Positions 37,710-47,681 of a DNA stretch of 64,000 bases are shown piece after piece; positions within the stretch are counted from its first letter, which is position 1; each line of letters opens with the position of its first letter. Origin of the DNA: an uncultured Methanosarcinales archaeon. Lineage in GTDB: Archaea; Nanobdellota; Nanobdellia; Woesearchaeales; GW2011-AR15. The position numbers and the translations under genes were made by a program. Location: assembly GCA_964537195.1 (NCBI GenBank), contig CAZHYZ010000002.1, forward strand, positions 296-64,295. The letters are read 5' to 3'. Below the pieces are notes generated by a model. That model did no database searches and was not told where the DNA came from. It saw only the letters and a list, made by a program, of their open reading frames with translations.

Positions 37710-38408
37710 TTAAAAATTAAACAAAGTCTTAACTAACTCAGAATTCTTTATTGTAAATATCTTTTGTCCGTTCGGACCTTTAAACTCATCTATTATTCCT
37801 TTTTTTGATTTTAAAGAGTTCATATATACTCTAATTGAATTTACAGACTTATTTTGCTTCTGTGCTATGTTTTTATATGTTAAAGGCTTATTTTCGTTAA
37901 AAAGAAGGCTTAAAAGCTCTTTTTCTGGGTTGGTTAATTCTGTTGGAGCATTATAATGTGTTATGTTATTAACATCTGTTTCTTCAAAGTCATTAATAAT
38001 GGGTTCATATTTTGGTGTGTCAAGCTCATTAAGTATGTCTTCCTTCAAGGTGTCGTGTTTTGGAACTTCTTCTAACCTATGTTCTAGATATTGAACCAGA
38101 ATCTTATGATATTCTTCAAAATCCTTTTTTAAAGAGGCCCTTATGTCTCTCTTGAGCGTTGAAAGCTCTTTCTTAAGGGTTATGTGTGAATCATTTAGGT
38201 GTTCTATCCATTGCGATATGTTGTCTATTTTTTTGATGATCTCTTTTTTATGTTTTGTATTGCTCTCAGAAATGTATTTAGTATAACCATGTAAATTTTT
38301 ACTAAAATCATGTAATTGATTCAACCACTTGTCTTGTCTCGATAATTCTCTTTGCAAATGAAAAAAATCCTCCTTCGGCTGTGTTGTCTTAAAAAACTTC
38401 CCTCCCAT
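37710..38408 (-). CDS. Coiled-coil protein with C-terminal winged-helix domain (start set at 38408)
   Basis: N-terminal heptads; LTNPEKELLSLL...LTYKNIAQKQNKSVNSIRVYMNSLKSK wHTH. Confidence 0.75.
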   Translation of the reverse strand: MGGKFFKTTQPKEDFFHLQRELSRQDKWLNQLHDFSKNLHGYTKYISESNTKHKKEIIKKIDNISQWIEHLNDSHITLKKELSTLKRDIRASLKKDFEEYHKILVQYLEHRLEEVPKHDTLKEDILNELDTPKYEPIINDFEETDVNNITHYNAPTELTNPEKELLSLLFNENKPLTYKNIAQKQNKSVNSIRVYMNSLKSKKGIIDEFKGPNGQKIFTIKNSELVKTLFNF

Positions 38409-38480
38409 ATCATTATTGCTTATTTTGAAATTTATATTATTTTCTATAAATTTAATAATCAAGTTTTCTTTCGTGGCGTT

Positions 38481-39365
38481 ATGGAAAAACAAATGTGTGT
38501 TGTTTGTGGAAAAAAACCAGTACTAAATAAACCTGTGTATTGTAAAAAACACTTCATTAATTATTTTGAAAAGAAGGTTAAAAAAACAATTAAGAAATTT
38601 AATTTGATTAAAAAAACAGACAAAGTTGTTGTTGGTGCATCGGGCGGAAAGGATTCTATGGCTGTTTTGCACGTGCTTAATAAACTTGGTTATAATGTCA
38701 CTGCATTGGCAATCAATGAAGGAATTAAAGACTATAGGGACAACACAATTAAATTATTAAAAGAATATTGTAAAAAGCAAAAACTTCCTCTTAAAATTGT
38801 GTCTTTTAAAGAAGATTTCAATAAAAACTTGGATGAAATTATTGAAGAAAAAGATTTGCGTCCTTGTACTGTATGTGGTGTGTTTAGAAGATATTTATTA
38901 AATAAATATGCTGATGGTTTTGACGTGTTGGCAACCGGACATAACTTGGATGATGAAGCTCAAGCAGTACTAATGAATTTGACAAAGAGTAACATTGGTG
39001 CATTAAAAAGACAGGGACCAGTATCTGGAATTAGAAAAAATGACAAGTTCACAAAAAGAGTTAAACCACTATATTTCTGCTCTGAAAAAGAAATAATGTT
39101 TTATTCCTCAATTAAAAAGTTGGTCATTGATTTTAGTTGCTGCCCTAACATAAGTGATTCATTTAGATTAAGATATAAACGTTCCCTTAATGCTTTAGAA
39201 AAAAAGTTTCCAGAAATAAAAGAAAATCTTGTTGGTTGGTATATTAACTACAAAAAAGGATTAGAACTTCCTAGTGAAGATATAGGAACATGTAAAAGAT
39301 GCGGACAGCCCAGTACAAACGATGTATGTAATGCATGTGTTTTTGCTGAAAAAATAAGCGCATGA
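38481..39365 (+). CDS. tRNA 2-thiolation protein (TtuA/NcsA/Ctu1, TIGR00269-like); start set at 38481
   Basis: CVVC...CKKHF, SGGKDS PP-loop, CTVCG, TGHNLDD, CCP, CKRCG...CNAC. Confidence 0.9.
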   Translation: MEKQMCVVCGKKPVLNKPVYCKKHFINYFEKKVKKTIKKFNLIKKTDKVVVGASGGKDSMAVLHVLNKLGYNVTALAINEGIKDYRDNTIKLLKEYCKKQKLPLKIVSFKEDFNKNLDEIIEEKDLRPCTVCGVFRRYLLNKYADGFDVLATGHNLDDEAQAVLMNLTKSNIGALKRQGPVSGIRKNDKFTKRVKPLYFCSEKEIMFYSSIKKLVIDFSCCPNISDSFRLRYKRSLNALEKKFPEIKENLVGWYINYKKGLELPSEDIGTCKRCGQPSTNDVCNACVFAEKISA

Positions 39366-39374
39366 TTTAATAAA

Positions 39375-39932
39375 TTGCTTAACTTTCTCTCACATATGTT
39401 TATAGATGTTTGTTTTCCAAATAAAAATGAAAAGAAATTCTTAGAGATAGCTAAAAGTATTTCAACAGAGGATCTTCTTTTTTTATATAAATCAAAGAAA
39501 GACGAAGAGAATTATTTTGGTTATCTGGGTGGTGATTCAAAAAAGATTGCAATAAAACTAAAGCCATTGGAGAGAGTTCTTTCTAAAGACCAAAAACAAC
39601 ATTATTTCTATTGTGATGATAAAAAAGGTACGTTTCATGCTCCTACAAAAAAAGTAAACCAGGTTGTGTTTAAAGAGCTTGCTGAGAAAAATAAATTTCT
39701 TGTATTGCCTTTTTCTTGTTTATTGAAAAACCACCCAAGACATGTTGAGCAATTAGCTTTTGTTGTTGGTTTGTGTAAGAAATATGGTGTTAATATGTTC
39801 TTTTCTAGCTTTGCAACAACACCTTACGAATTAAGAAGTAAATATGAGCTACTATCTTTTGCCAAATTAATGGGGGCGGATAGAAAAAACCTAAAAATAA
39901 ATTTGGATATGTTTGTAGATTTTCTTAATTAA
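39375..39932 (+). CDS. RNase P subunit Rpp30-like PHP-fold protein
   Basis: C-terminal SFATTPYELRSKYELLSFAKLMG resembles the Rpp30 signature; the N-terminal half is divergent. Confidence 0.62.
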   Translation: MLNFLSHMFIDVCFPNKNEKKFLEIAKSISTEDLLFLYKSKKDEENYFGYLGGDSKKIAIKLKPLERVLSKDQKQHYFYCDDKKGTFHAPTKKVNQVVFKELAEKNKFLVLPFSCLLKNHPRHVEQLAFVVGLCKKYGVNMFFSSFATTPYELRSKYELLSFAKLMGADRKNLKINLDMFVDFLN

Positions 39933-39973
39933 ATCCACAACTTTTTTATATCTTGTTGCTTTTTAATGAGACT

Positions 39974-41119
39974 ATGTCCAAGATAGAAACTGGTGTTGAT
40001 AAATTAGTAGAATTAATAAATACTGGGGAAAAAATTTCTGTTGAAGACGCTGCAAAAAAATTAGGGATTAGTAAGGTTGTTGTTCAGGAATGGGCTTCTT
40101 TTTTAGAGGAGGAAAAGATAATTAGTATAGACTATAAATTCTCAAAAACATTCTTAATACCTAGAAAACTTACAGAAAAGGAAGTAAAAGAGAAGAAAAA
40201 AGAGTACACTTCTGAAAAAGATGCTTTTGTCAGAAAAGTAGAAAGTAGTTTAAAAAGTTTAGATAGTGATTCTCTTGGTCTAGAAAAAATAAAAAATGAG
40301 TTCAAAAATTTAAAGAAAGACATAGGTGGTGAACTTGCGAGTGTAAAAACAGAGGTCGAGCAACTTGAGAAATATGAGTATTTGAAAAAAAATCTGGACA
40401 AAGACATAGAAAAACAGGTTCAACAATTTAATGAAATACTGGACAAATCTCACGAACAAATTAATATTGAGCAGAAGAAACATCAACAATTGGTTGAACA
40501 GCTTGATATACAAAAAAGGGATCTAGAAGTAAAGGAACACAGATTATTAAATCTGGAAGAAAAGGAAAAAGAACTGTATGACAGAATCCAAAGCATGGTT
40601 GATCTTTCAAAAGAAATTGAAAAAAAGCTTCAGAGTGAAAAATCCGACATAGATGTGTCTGAAGACCGTGTATTAAATTTGCAAAAATCTGTCAGAGAGA
40701 TTGAAAAACAAATAACGAACAAGAAGAAATCACTTGAACCTTTAATCAATAAAGCAAAAAAGCATGAAGAAGAAATTTTGAAACTGCAGGAAGAGATACT
40801 TAAAAAGGCTAGCCAAAAAACTGCTGAGATACAAGCTAAGGTAGAAGAAGGAGGCAAGGCCATGCAAAAGTTTGAGAAGTTTTTTGAAAAAAAGACAGAA
40901 ATAGAATCATTTATATCAGATATTGAAAAAGAGCAAGAAGGACTAAAAGAAGATTATGAATCGCTGAAGAAAAAAGCTCTTTCTTTTGATCTGGCATCTA
41001 AATCAAATACTATCAACACACATGTAAAGGAAATGGAGAAACAACTTGAAGGTGTCAATCAAAAAAAGGGAAAGTTTAAGGAAGATTTAGAAAAATTAAT
41101 AAAGCTGATAAAAGGATAA
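39974..41119 (+). CDS. Winged-helix plus long coiled-coil protein leading the pilus operon (start set at 39974)
   Basis: ETGVDKLVELI...ISVEDAAKKLGISKVVVQEWASFLEEEK wHTH, then about 300 aa of heptads. Confidence 0.75.
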   Translation: MSKIETGVDKLVELINTGEKISVEDAAKKLGISKVVVQEWASFLEEEKIISIDYKFSKTFLIPRKLTEKEVKEKKKEYTSEKDAFVRKVESSLKSLDSDSLGLEKIKNEFKNLKKDIGGELASVKTEVEQLEKYEYLKKNLDKDIEKQVQQFNEILDKSHEQINIEQKKHQQLVEQLDIQKRDLEVKEHRLLNLEEKEKELYDRIQSMVDLSKEIEKKLQSEKSDIDVSEDRVLNLQKSVREIEKQITNKKKSLEPLINKAKKHEEEILKLQEEILKKASQKTAEIQAKVEEGGKAMQKFEKFFEKKTEIESFISDIEKEQEGLKEDYESLKKKALSFDLASKSNTINTHVKEMEKQLEGVNQKKGKFKEDLEKLIKLIKG

Positions 41120-41138
41120 TGTATTAAAAGAGGTGAAG

Positions 41139-42668
41139 ATGGCAAAAACTTCTTCTAAAAAAGAGAGTAAAGAAACTCCAAAAAAAGAAGTTACTGGAAA
41201 AGTAATAGACAAATATAAATTCGTGTCTAAGAACATCCCTATTGAGATTTCGGTTGTTACGACAAGCGAAGAGTTTGTTCCTAAATATGTTGTTTCTATA
41301 TCTCAAATAAGCAAAACCACAGAATTAATTTTAGAGAAAATAAGAAAACAGTTGATTGAAGAAGTTTCGCTGGGTGCCGTAGAATTAACTGATTTAAAGA
41401 AAACAGGAGAAATTGAGGATAAATTTAAACACACCATAGCTGTTCTCATAGACAAATACTTCCCAGATATGGAAGAAAACACAAAGGGCTTTTTGACAAC
41501 ATATTTAATCCAAAAAAGCCTCGGCCTCGGTAATCTTGAAATAATGCTGAATGATGATCTCTTAGAAGAAATTGTTATTAATTCTGCTCAAGAGCCTGTG
41601 TGGGTCTATCATAAAAAACATGGGTGGCTTAAAACAAATCTTGTTGTGCCAGATGAAGACAGAATAAGACACTATGCCACAATGATTGGGAGGCGCGTAG
41701 GAAGACAAATTAGTGTTTTAGAGCCTTTGTTAGATGCACATTTAAACAAAGGGGACAGAGTAAACGCCACATTATTTCCTATATCTACTCAAGGAAACAC
41801 AATCACTTTTAGAAAATTCTCAAGAAATCCTTTTACAATCACTCATTTTTTAAGAATGGGTACAATGACTGCAGAAGCCGCCAGCCTGATCTGGATAAGT
41901 ATGCAATATGAGTTGTCTGCTCTTATCGCAGGAGGAACAGCTTCTGGTAAAACTTCCACACTTAATGTTCTAGCAACATTTTTTCCACCAAACCAGAGAG
42001 TCCTTTCTATAGAAGATACTAGAGAAGTTAGATTGCCTAAATTCTTACATTGGGTGCCTATGAGTACACGATTGCCAAATGCAGAAGGAAGAGGAGAAAT
42101 CTCAATGGAAGACCTCTTGGTTAACTCATTAAGAATGAGACCAGACAGAATCTTGGTCGGTGAGGTAAGAAGAAAAAGGGAGGCTGAAACATTATTTGAA
42201 GCAATACACACCGGACATAGTGTTTATGCTACCTTTCACGCAAACAGTGCCAAAGAAACTGTCCAGAGATTAACTAACCCGCCAATAGACGTTCCTAAAA
42301 CAATGTTGCCTGCTATTGCCTTGATAATTTTACAATACAGAAACAGAAGAACAGGAAGGAGAAGAACCTTTCAGATAGCAGAGATACTTGAAGACGCTTC
42401 TGAGAACATATTGCTGCAATACGACCCAAAAAAAGATGTTTTGAAAAAACAAAACAGTTCCAAGAGACTTATGGAAACTCTGCGTTTATTCACTGGTTTC
42501 ACAGAAGCAGAAATAAATAAAGATCTCAAGGAGAAACAAAAAATCTTAAAGTATTTAGTAGAGCAAAACATTGATACGGTGGACGGTGTCGGAAGAGTGA
42601 TGGCAGAATATTATACAAACAAAGAAAATTTGCTGAAATATGTAAAGGCAAATAAAAGGATTGGGTGA
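41139..42668 (+). CDS. Type II/IV secretion (pilus) ATPase, TadA/CpaF/FlaI family (start set at 41139 after GAGGTGA)
   Basis: EEIVIN, GGTASGKTS, SIEDTRE, RMRPDRILVGEVR, TGHSVYATFHA. Confidence 0.95.
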   Translation: MAKTSSKKESKETPKKEVTGKVIDKYKFVSKNIPIEISVVTTSEEFVPKYVVSISQISKTTELILEKIRKQLIEEVSLGAVELTDLKKTGEIEDKFKHTIAVLIDKYFPDMEENTKGFLTTYLIQKSLGLGNLEIMLNDDLLEEIVINSAQEPVWVYHKKHGWLKTNLVVPDEDRIRHYATMIGRRVGRQISVLEPLLDAHLNKGDRVNATLFPISTQGNTITFRKFSRNPFTITHFLRMGTMTAEAASLIWISMQYELSALIAGGTASGKTSTLNVLATFFPPNQRVLSIEDTREVRLPKFLHWVPMSTRLPNAEGRGEISMEDLLVNSLRMRPDRILVGEVRRKREAETLFEAIHTGHSVYATFHANSAKETVQRLTNPPIDVPKTMLPAIALIILQYRNRRTGRRRTFQIAEILEDASENILLQYDPKKDVLKKQNSSKRLMETLRLFTGFTEAEINKDLKEKQKILKYLVEQNIDTVDGVGRVMAEYYTNKENLLKYVKANKRIG

Positions 42669-43492
42669 TTGAAATTTCTTTTATAAGGTATGTGGCAAAA
42701 AAGTTCCCGGACCTGCCTCATCAACTAAAAAAAGCCAATATGAATCTTTCTGATGAGGTTTTTGTAAAAAGAACTCTCATTAGTGCGGGATACACTACAG
42801 CATTTATTATTTTTATAGCATTTCTTTTCCTGCTAAATGTTCTTGAAACCTTGCAATTAATTGTTGTGTTGGTTCTTATGGTTCCTTTTGTTTTTGTTGT
42901 GTTGTTCTTTTATTTTTTTCAACTGCCTGTCATAAAGATAGCGGGAGCGGGCAAAGAAATAGAAAAAGAGATAGTTTTTGCAGGAAGATTTTTGGCGGTG
43001 GAGCTTGAGTCAGGAGTCACATTATATGATGCAATGAAAAATGTCAGCAAGAATTATCAATTTATTGGGAGATATTTTAATGACATAATAGAAAAAATAA
43101 ATCTTGGAACGCCTATTGAAGATGCAATAACTGAGGCGATAGATTTGAGTCCAAGCGATTCTTTTACAAAGATGTTGTGGCAAATCTCCAATTCGTTGAG
43201 AACTGGAAGTGATATAGCAGAACCATTAAAAACAGTTATTGACACTTTAATAAAAGAACAACAAATTGCTGTCGAGGAATATGGTCGTAAATTAAATCCT
43301 TTGGCCATGTTTTATATGATGATAGCAATTATTTTGCCAAGTCTTGGTGTAACTATGTTCACCATCTTAGCAATTTTCATAGGTCTTGAGTTGAACTTGC
43401 TTATTTTGTTGGTTATAGCCGGCATGATTGGTTTCATACAATTTATGTTTATAGCAATGATAAATTCAATTAGACCTCCTGTAGAATTGTAA
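42665..43492 (+). CDS. Type II secretion system F / TadB-C inner membrane protein
   Basis: TM pattern; ELESGVTLYDAM, QISNSLRTGSDI, YGRKLNPLAMFYM. Confidence 0.88.
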   Translation: MIEISFIRYVAKKFPDLPHQLKKANMNLSDEVFVKRTLISAGYTTAFIIFIAFLFLLNVLETLQLIVVLVLMVPFVFVVLFFYFFQLPVIKIAGAGKEIEKEIVFAGRFLAVELESGVTLYDAMKNVSKNYQFIGRYFNDIIEKINLGTPIEDAITEAIDLSPSDSFTKMLWQISNSLRTGSDIAEPLKTVIDTLIKEQQIAVEEYGRKLNPLAMFYMMIAIILPSLGVTMFTILAIFIGLELNLLILLVIAGMIGFIQFMFIAMINSIRPPVEL

Positions 43493-43493
43493 A

Positions 43494-44678
43494 ATGGGTA
43501 AAGCAAAAGAAAAATTAGACAAACTGAGAGAGGAAAAAAAGAAGTTAAAGGAGATTAAAGAAAGAGTTAAGAAGAAAAAAAAATTGAGAAAAAAGCTTGA
43601 GAAAAAAGAAAACAAGAAATTAGCTCCAAAAGAAGTTATAGAGAAAGTAAAGAAAAAAGAAGATAAGAAACACAAAATATCCAGCTATGCTCAAAAAAAA
43701 AGGTTTTCTAATTTTATCGGTAAGGCTGGGTTTGAGACAGATTTTGCAGAAGTAAATAAAAAAATAATGTATGGTGTTGGTGCAATTATTGTTGCAACAA
43801 CCCTCTACCTTTTAATTACCTTTTTTATTAATAAGACTTTTTTTAGTGAAGCTATAAAGTTTCTTCTCTTTGCTTGGGTTCTTGGTTCTCTTGCTCTCTA
43901 TTTTGCAGCATGGATATCTTTTTTTATTTATATCGATCTGAAAATACTGCAAAGAAAAAAAGAAATTGAACGGGTTTTTCCGGACTTTTTACAATTAACA
44001 GCTGCAAACATTAATGCAGGAATGCCGATAGACAGGGCATTATGGTTTGCTATACGCCCTAGATTTGGAATTCTAGCAAAAGAAATGGAAACTGTTGCAA
44101 AGGCAACAATGGTAGGAGAAAGTTTACCTAGGGCGTTGCTAGATTTCACTGAAAAGTATGACTCAATGACCGTGAAAAGATCTATCAGTCTTCTATTAGA
44201 GGGCCTTGAATCTGGTGGAGAAGTAGGTGAATTACTAGTTAAAGTTGCAAACAACATAAGAGACACAGAGATGATAAAAAAAGAGATGGCTTCCTCTGTA
44301 ACTACATATGTTATATTTATCTTGTTTGCTACGTTGGGGGCTGCTCCGTTCCTTTTTGGTTTAACTACTGAATTAATTTTAGTGATGCAGACTATCATTG
44401 GTGATATTAACCTTGGAGATAGTGCACAGAGTTTTGGAGGTGTTGGTTCCATGATGACTATGTCTCCAGATGCTATCTCATTAACAGATTACAAAATTTT
44501 TGCTGTTATCAACATATGTATGTCTTCCGTGTTTGCTGCTATATTAATTAGTGTTATACAGAAAGGTAATGCTACTGAAGCTGTGAAAAAAGCTCCTATT
44601 TATATTATACTTGGGTTACTTATTTATTTTATCTCATTCACAGTATTAAGTCATGTGTTGGGTGGATTTTTAGTGTAA
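43494..44678 (+). CDS. Type II secretion system F / TadC inner membrane protein
   Basis: FPDFLQLTAANINAGM, LESGGEVGELL; K-rich N-terminus. Confidence 0.88.
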   Translation: MGKAKEKLDKLREEKKKLKEIKERVKKKKKLRKKLEKKENKKLAPKEVIEKVKKKEDKKHKISSYAQKKRFSNFIGKAGFETDFAEVNKKIMYGVGAIIVATTLYLLITFFINKTFFSEAIKFLLFAWVLGSLALYFAAWISFFIYIDLKILQRKKEIERVFPDFLQLTAANINAGMPIDRALWFAIRPRFGILAKEMETVAKATMVGESLPRALLDFTEKYDSMTVKRSISLLLEGLESGGEVGELLVKVANNIRDTEMIKKEMASSVTTYVIFILFATLGAAPFLFGLTTELILVMQTIIGDINLGDSAQSFGGVGSMMTMSPDAISLTDYKIFAVINICMSSVFAAILISVIQKGNATEAVKKAPIYIILGLLIYFISFTVLSHVLGGFLV

Positions 44679-44769
44679 ACTAGTATACAAAAACGTAACA
44701 TTTATATACTTCACATTACACATGTTAATTTATCCTAATAGATTTTCCTAGGAGAAAGAGGTGAAAATT

Positions 44770-45315
44770 ATGAAAAAGAAAGGACAAGCAGCCATGGAGT
44801 TCTTAATGACTTATGGTTGGGCAATTTTAGTAGTTGTTGCAGCAATTGCAGTTCTGGCTGCCTCAGGAATTTTGAATTTATCTGGTTTCCTTCCCGAGAA
44901 ATGTCAATTTCCTGTAGAGATGAGTTGTGTAGGTGGAAAGGCCGCTATACTTCAAGAGAACTCCGCAACAAGCTCAAGTACAATAACAATACCTTTAAGA
45001 AACAGTATTGGATATAAAGCCAACATTATTGACGCAGAAATGGTTAATGATGAAGGTACAGAAGTTTGTGCTAGTGGTGGTAATCCACAAATACAGAATG
45101 CCGGAAATCTCACAACTGGTGATTGGGATGACCTTGATGGAACACCTAGAGAAGTTGCCAATGAAGAGGTTTTCAGAATAAGATTCCAAGATTGCGGCTT
45201 TGGTGAAAATGAAATAGGTAGCAAATTCATTGGTACAGCAACTGTAACCTACGAAAACCAAGAATCAGGTATAGAACTACCAGCTGTTGGTGATATTAGC
45301 GGAAGAATAGCCTAA
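44770..45315 (+). CDS. Type IV pilin with class III signal peptide (start set at 44770)
   Basis: KKKG/QAAMEFLMTYGWAIL processing site followed by a hydrophobic helix; own TATA-like TTTATATA near 44701 and GAGGTGA Shine-Dalgarno. Confidence 0.9.
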   Translation: MKKKGQAAMEFLMTYGWAILVVVAAIAVLAASGILNLSGFLPEKCQFPVEMSCVGGKAAILQENSATSSSTITIPLRNSIGYKANIIDAEMVNDEGTEVCASGGNPQIQNAGNLTTGDWDDLDGTPREVANEEVFRIRFQDCGFGENEIGSKFIGTATVTYENQESGIELPAVGDISGRIA

Positions 45316-45317
45316 AA

Positions 45318-45347
45318 CTATTCTTTTTTATTTCTTTTTTTCTTTTC
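45318..45347 (+). terminator. Oligo-T terminator after the pilin gene
   Basis: CTATTCTTTTTTATTTCTTTTTTTCTTTTC directly after the stop codon. Confidence 0.55.
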
Positions 45348-45383
45348 AAAAAATATTTATAGTTTCATTCTCCACAAAATAAC

Positions 45384-46946
45384 ATGAAAAAATATTTGCT
45401 ATTGTTTTTACTCTTATTGCCTGTTGCTGTATCTTTATATGATTTAGAGTTGTATGATGGTTGGGTTACGTCTGGAACATATTTTGATATAGATGGAGAT
45501 ACATATCGTGCAATATACATTAGAAATGACAACACTTCTGTGTTTTATCTGCCTTATGGTGTAACTGCCGTAATACACTTGAAAAACGAAACGTGTGTCA
45601 GAGAGTGGCTATATGAAGTGTGTCAAGAAGACATTAAATTTGAAAAAAATGGAGAGGAAGTCCCTCCAACCATCCATGACAAGTACATTAACATCTCTAT
45701 GTTGGTTACTATAACCTTTTCTGACGTTCGTTTAGAAGTTAACAGATCTTTTGACAAAGAAGAACTTTACTTGCAAGAAAACACCGATGTCCGAGTAGAC
45801 ATAATAAAACACGGAAAAGAAGATGTAACAAACATCACATATATAGATCGTTATAACAGCGACTTTGTCATAACTCCTTTGTCTGGATGTAATAGGAGAG
45901 GAAACAACATAATTTGGAAAGGAGACCTAAACAATAGCAATAGACATGTCTGCATATACAATATAAGGCCTGTAAGAGAAACTTCTTTTGAAAACAATGT
46001 TACTCTATCTTACACTTTGTTAGAAAAATTCAGAGAAGAAAACTATGCAAAGCAATTTGAAGTCCAAGAAACGCCTCTCTTATTTGAATCTAGTTATAGA
46101 GAAAAAGCACACACTGGAGACGATGTAGATTTCAACTTATCGTTAGATGTACTAAAAGATATTGAAATTAAGGAACTAAGAATAACTTATCCAAAAATAT
46201 TCACTCTCAAAAACAAATCTAAAGAGTTCCAAACAATCGAGAACAGACTACAATGCAGAGACAAACTATTAGAAGAAGACACAGAAAAAGACTTCTTTTT
46301 TATATTAAACACAGGACATATAGGAGAACATGTCGTAAACTTGTCTCTTGTTTATACTTACAATAATGCTCTTAAAAAAATAAATCAACTGTATAAAATA
46401 AATTATACTGGAGACATATTTCATGTCACTTTATTAAACGCTACAAATCGTTCCATAATAAGATTAAGTAATCCAGAGAACATATTATATGAAAGGATTC
46501 AGGTGTTTGTTGGTGGACATGAATTTTACCTGGCAAAACTAGAAAAAAGGCGATTCAAAGAATTTGGTTTTCCTCTGATGGAAAATGGAACTCACTCTGT
46601 ACTTGTCAAATTTGATTCAATTTATGGCCAAAGGGTCGCAGAAACCTATCATTTGGAATATGGGCAATCAACTTATGTTACTGATGAAGAACTAGAAGAA
46701 CAGATTGTAGAACCGCCAGAAGAGGAAACAGAAGAAAGAAAGTGGTTTGATATAGATTTCAATATTGACACCAAAAAAATAATCGTTGGTGTGTCTGTGT
46801 TTGGTGGGTCCCTCTTGATTATAGGCATCATAACTCTAATAAAAAACAAGTTCTCTAAGTCAGATATTGAAAAAGAAATTGCAGAATTAAGAAAGCAAGA
46901 AGAGTCTCTTGATGAAGAATTGCAAGAAGAGACAGAAGAAGAATAA
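45384..46946 (+). CDS. Secreted, membrane-anchored multidomain protein (S-layer/adhesin-like)
   Basis: Signal peptide, beta-rich domains, TM helix near the C-terminus, acidic tail. Confidence 0.65.
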   Translation: MKKYLLLFLLLLPVAVSLYDLELYDGWVTSGTYFDIDGDTYRAIYIRNDNTSVFYLPYGVTAVIHLKNETCVREWLYEVCQEDIKFEKNGEEVPPTIHDKYINISMLVTITFSDVRLEVNRSFDKEELYLQENTDVRVDIIKHGKEDVTNITYIDRYNSDFVITPLSGCNRRGNNIIWKGDLNNSNRHVCIYNIRPVRETSFENNVTLSYTLLEKFREENYAKQFEVQETPLLFESSYREKAHTGDDVDFNLSLDVLKDIEIKELRITYPKIFTLKNKSKEFQTIENRLQCRDKLLEEDTEKDFFFILNTGHIGEHVVNLSLVYTYNNALKKINQLYKINYTGDIFHVTLLNATNRSIIRLSNPENILYERIQVFVGGHEFYLAKLEKRRFKEFGFPLMENGTHSVLVKFDSIYGQRVAETYHLEYGQSTYVTDEELEEQIVEPPEEETEERKWFDIDFNIDTKKIIVGVSVFGGSLLIIGIITLIKNKFSKSDIEKEIAELRKQEESLDEELQEETEEE

Positions 46947-46978
46947 GTTTTAAAAGTGAATTGTTTTTCTCAACACCC

Positions 46979-47377
46979 ATGGATTATGATGAATTATTAA
47001 AAAAGGCTCAGAAAGAACTTCCCAAAGATGTTTTTGAATCTGAACGGTTTAAAATTCCTAACATAAAAGGACACATAGAAGGAAATAAAACTGTTTTAGC
47101 AAATTTTTTCCAGATTGGAGATGTCTTAGGAACTGATAAAGATCACTTTCTCAAGTATATGTTAAAAGAATTAGCTACCCCTGGAGACACAAAAGGAAGA
47201 AGGGTTGTTCTAGGAAGAAAAGTTTCTGCATCCCGAATTAATGAAAAAATTAAGGAATATGCTACCAAATATGTTATATGTAAGGAGTGTGGAAAGCCCG
47301 ATTCTAAAATAACTAAACAGAACAGGATACTTTTCTTTAAATGCAATGCCTGTGGAGCTAGATATCCTGTGAGTTAA
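46979..47377 (+). CDS. eif2b: Translation initiation factor aIF2 beta (start set at 46979)
   Basis: YDELLKKA, ERFKIP, KELATPG, CKECGKPD, CNACGA. Confidence 0.94.
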   Translation: MDYDELLKKAQKELPKDVFESERFKIPNIKGHIEGNKTVLANFFQIGDVLGTDKDHFLKYMLKELATPGDTKGRRVVLGRKVSASRINEKIKEYATKYVICKECGKPDSKITKQNRILFFKCNACGARYPVS

Positions 47378-47378
47378 A

Positions 47379-47681
47379 ATGATTGTTAAAAAACATTATC
47401 ATGATGACAAATTGGTTTTGGCTGTTTGTGACGAATCATTAGTTGGAAAGATTATTGAAGAAAACAAACAAGTTCTGGATCTTTCTTCAGAGTTCTATAA
47501 AGGTGAAAAAGTAAGTGATGAAGATCTCATTAAATTATTAAACAGAGCATATATAATAAATGCAGTAGGGAAAAAAGCAGTTGAATTTCTGATTGAAAAA
47601 AAGATTATAACTGAAGAATCTACTAAACACATAAATAAGGTTCCTTATTCACATGTTGTTTTCGAAGGAAAAAAAGATTAA
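47379..47681 (+). CDS. DUF424-family protein
   Basis: VLAVCDESLVGK, FYKGE, INAVGKKAV. Confidence 0.85.
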   Translation: MIVKKHYHDDKLVLAVCDESLVGKIIEENKQVLDLSSEFYKGEKVSDEDLIKLLNRAYIINAVGKKAVEFLIEKKIITEESTKHINKVPYSHVVFEGKKD

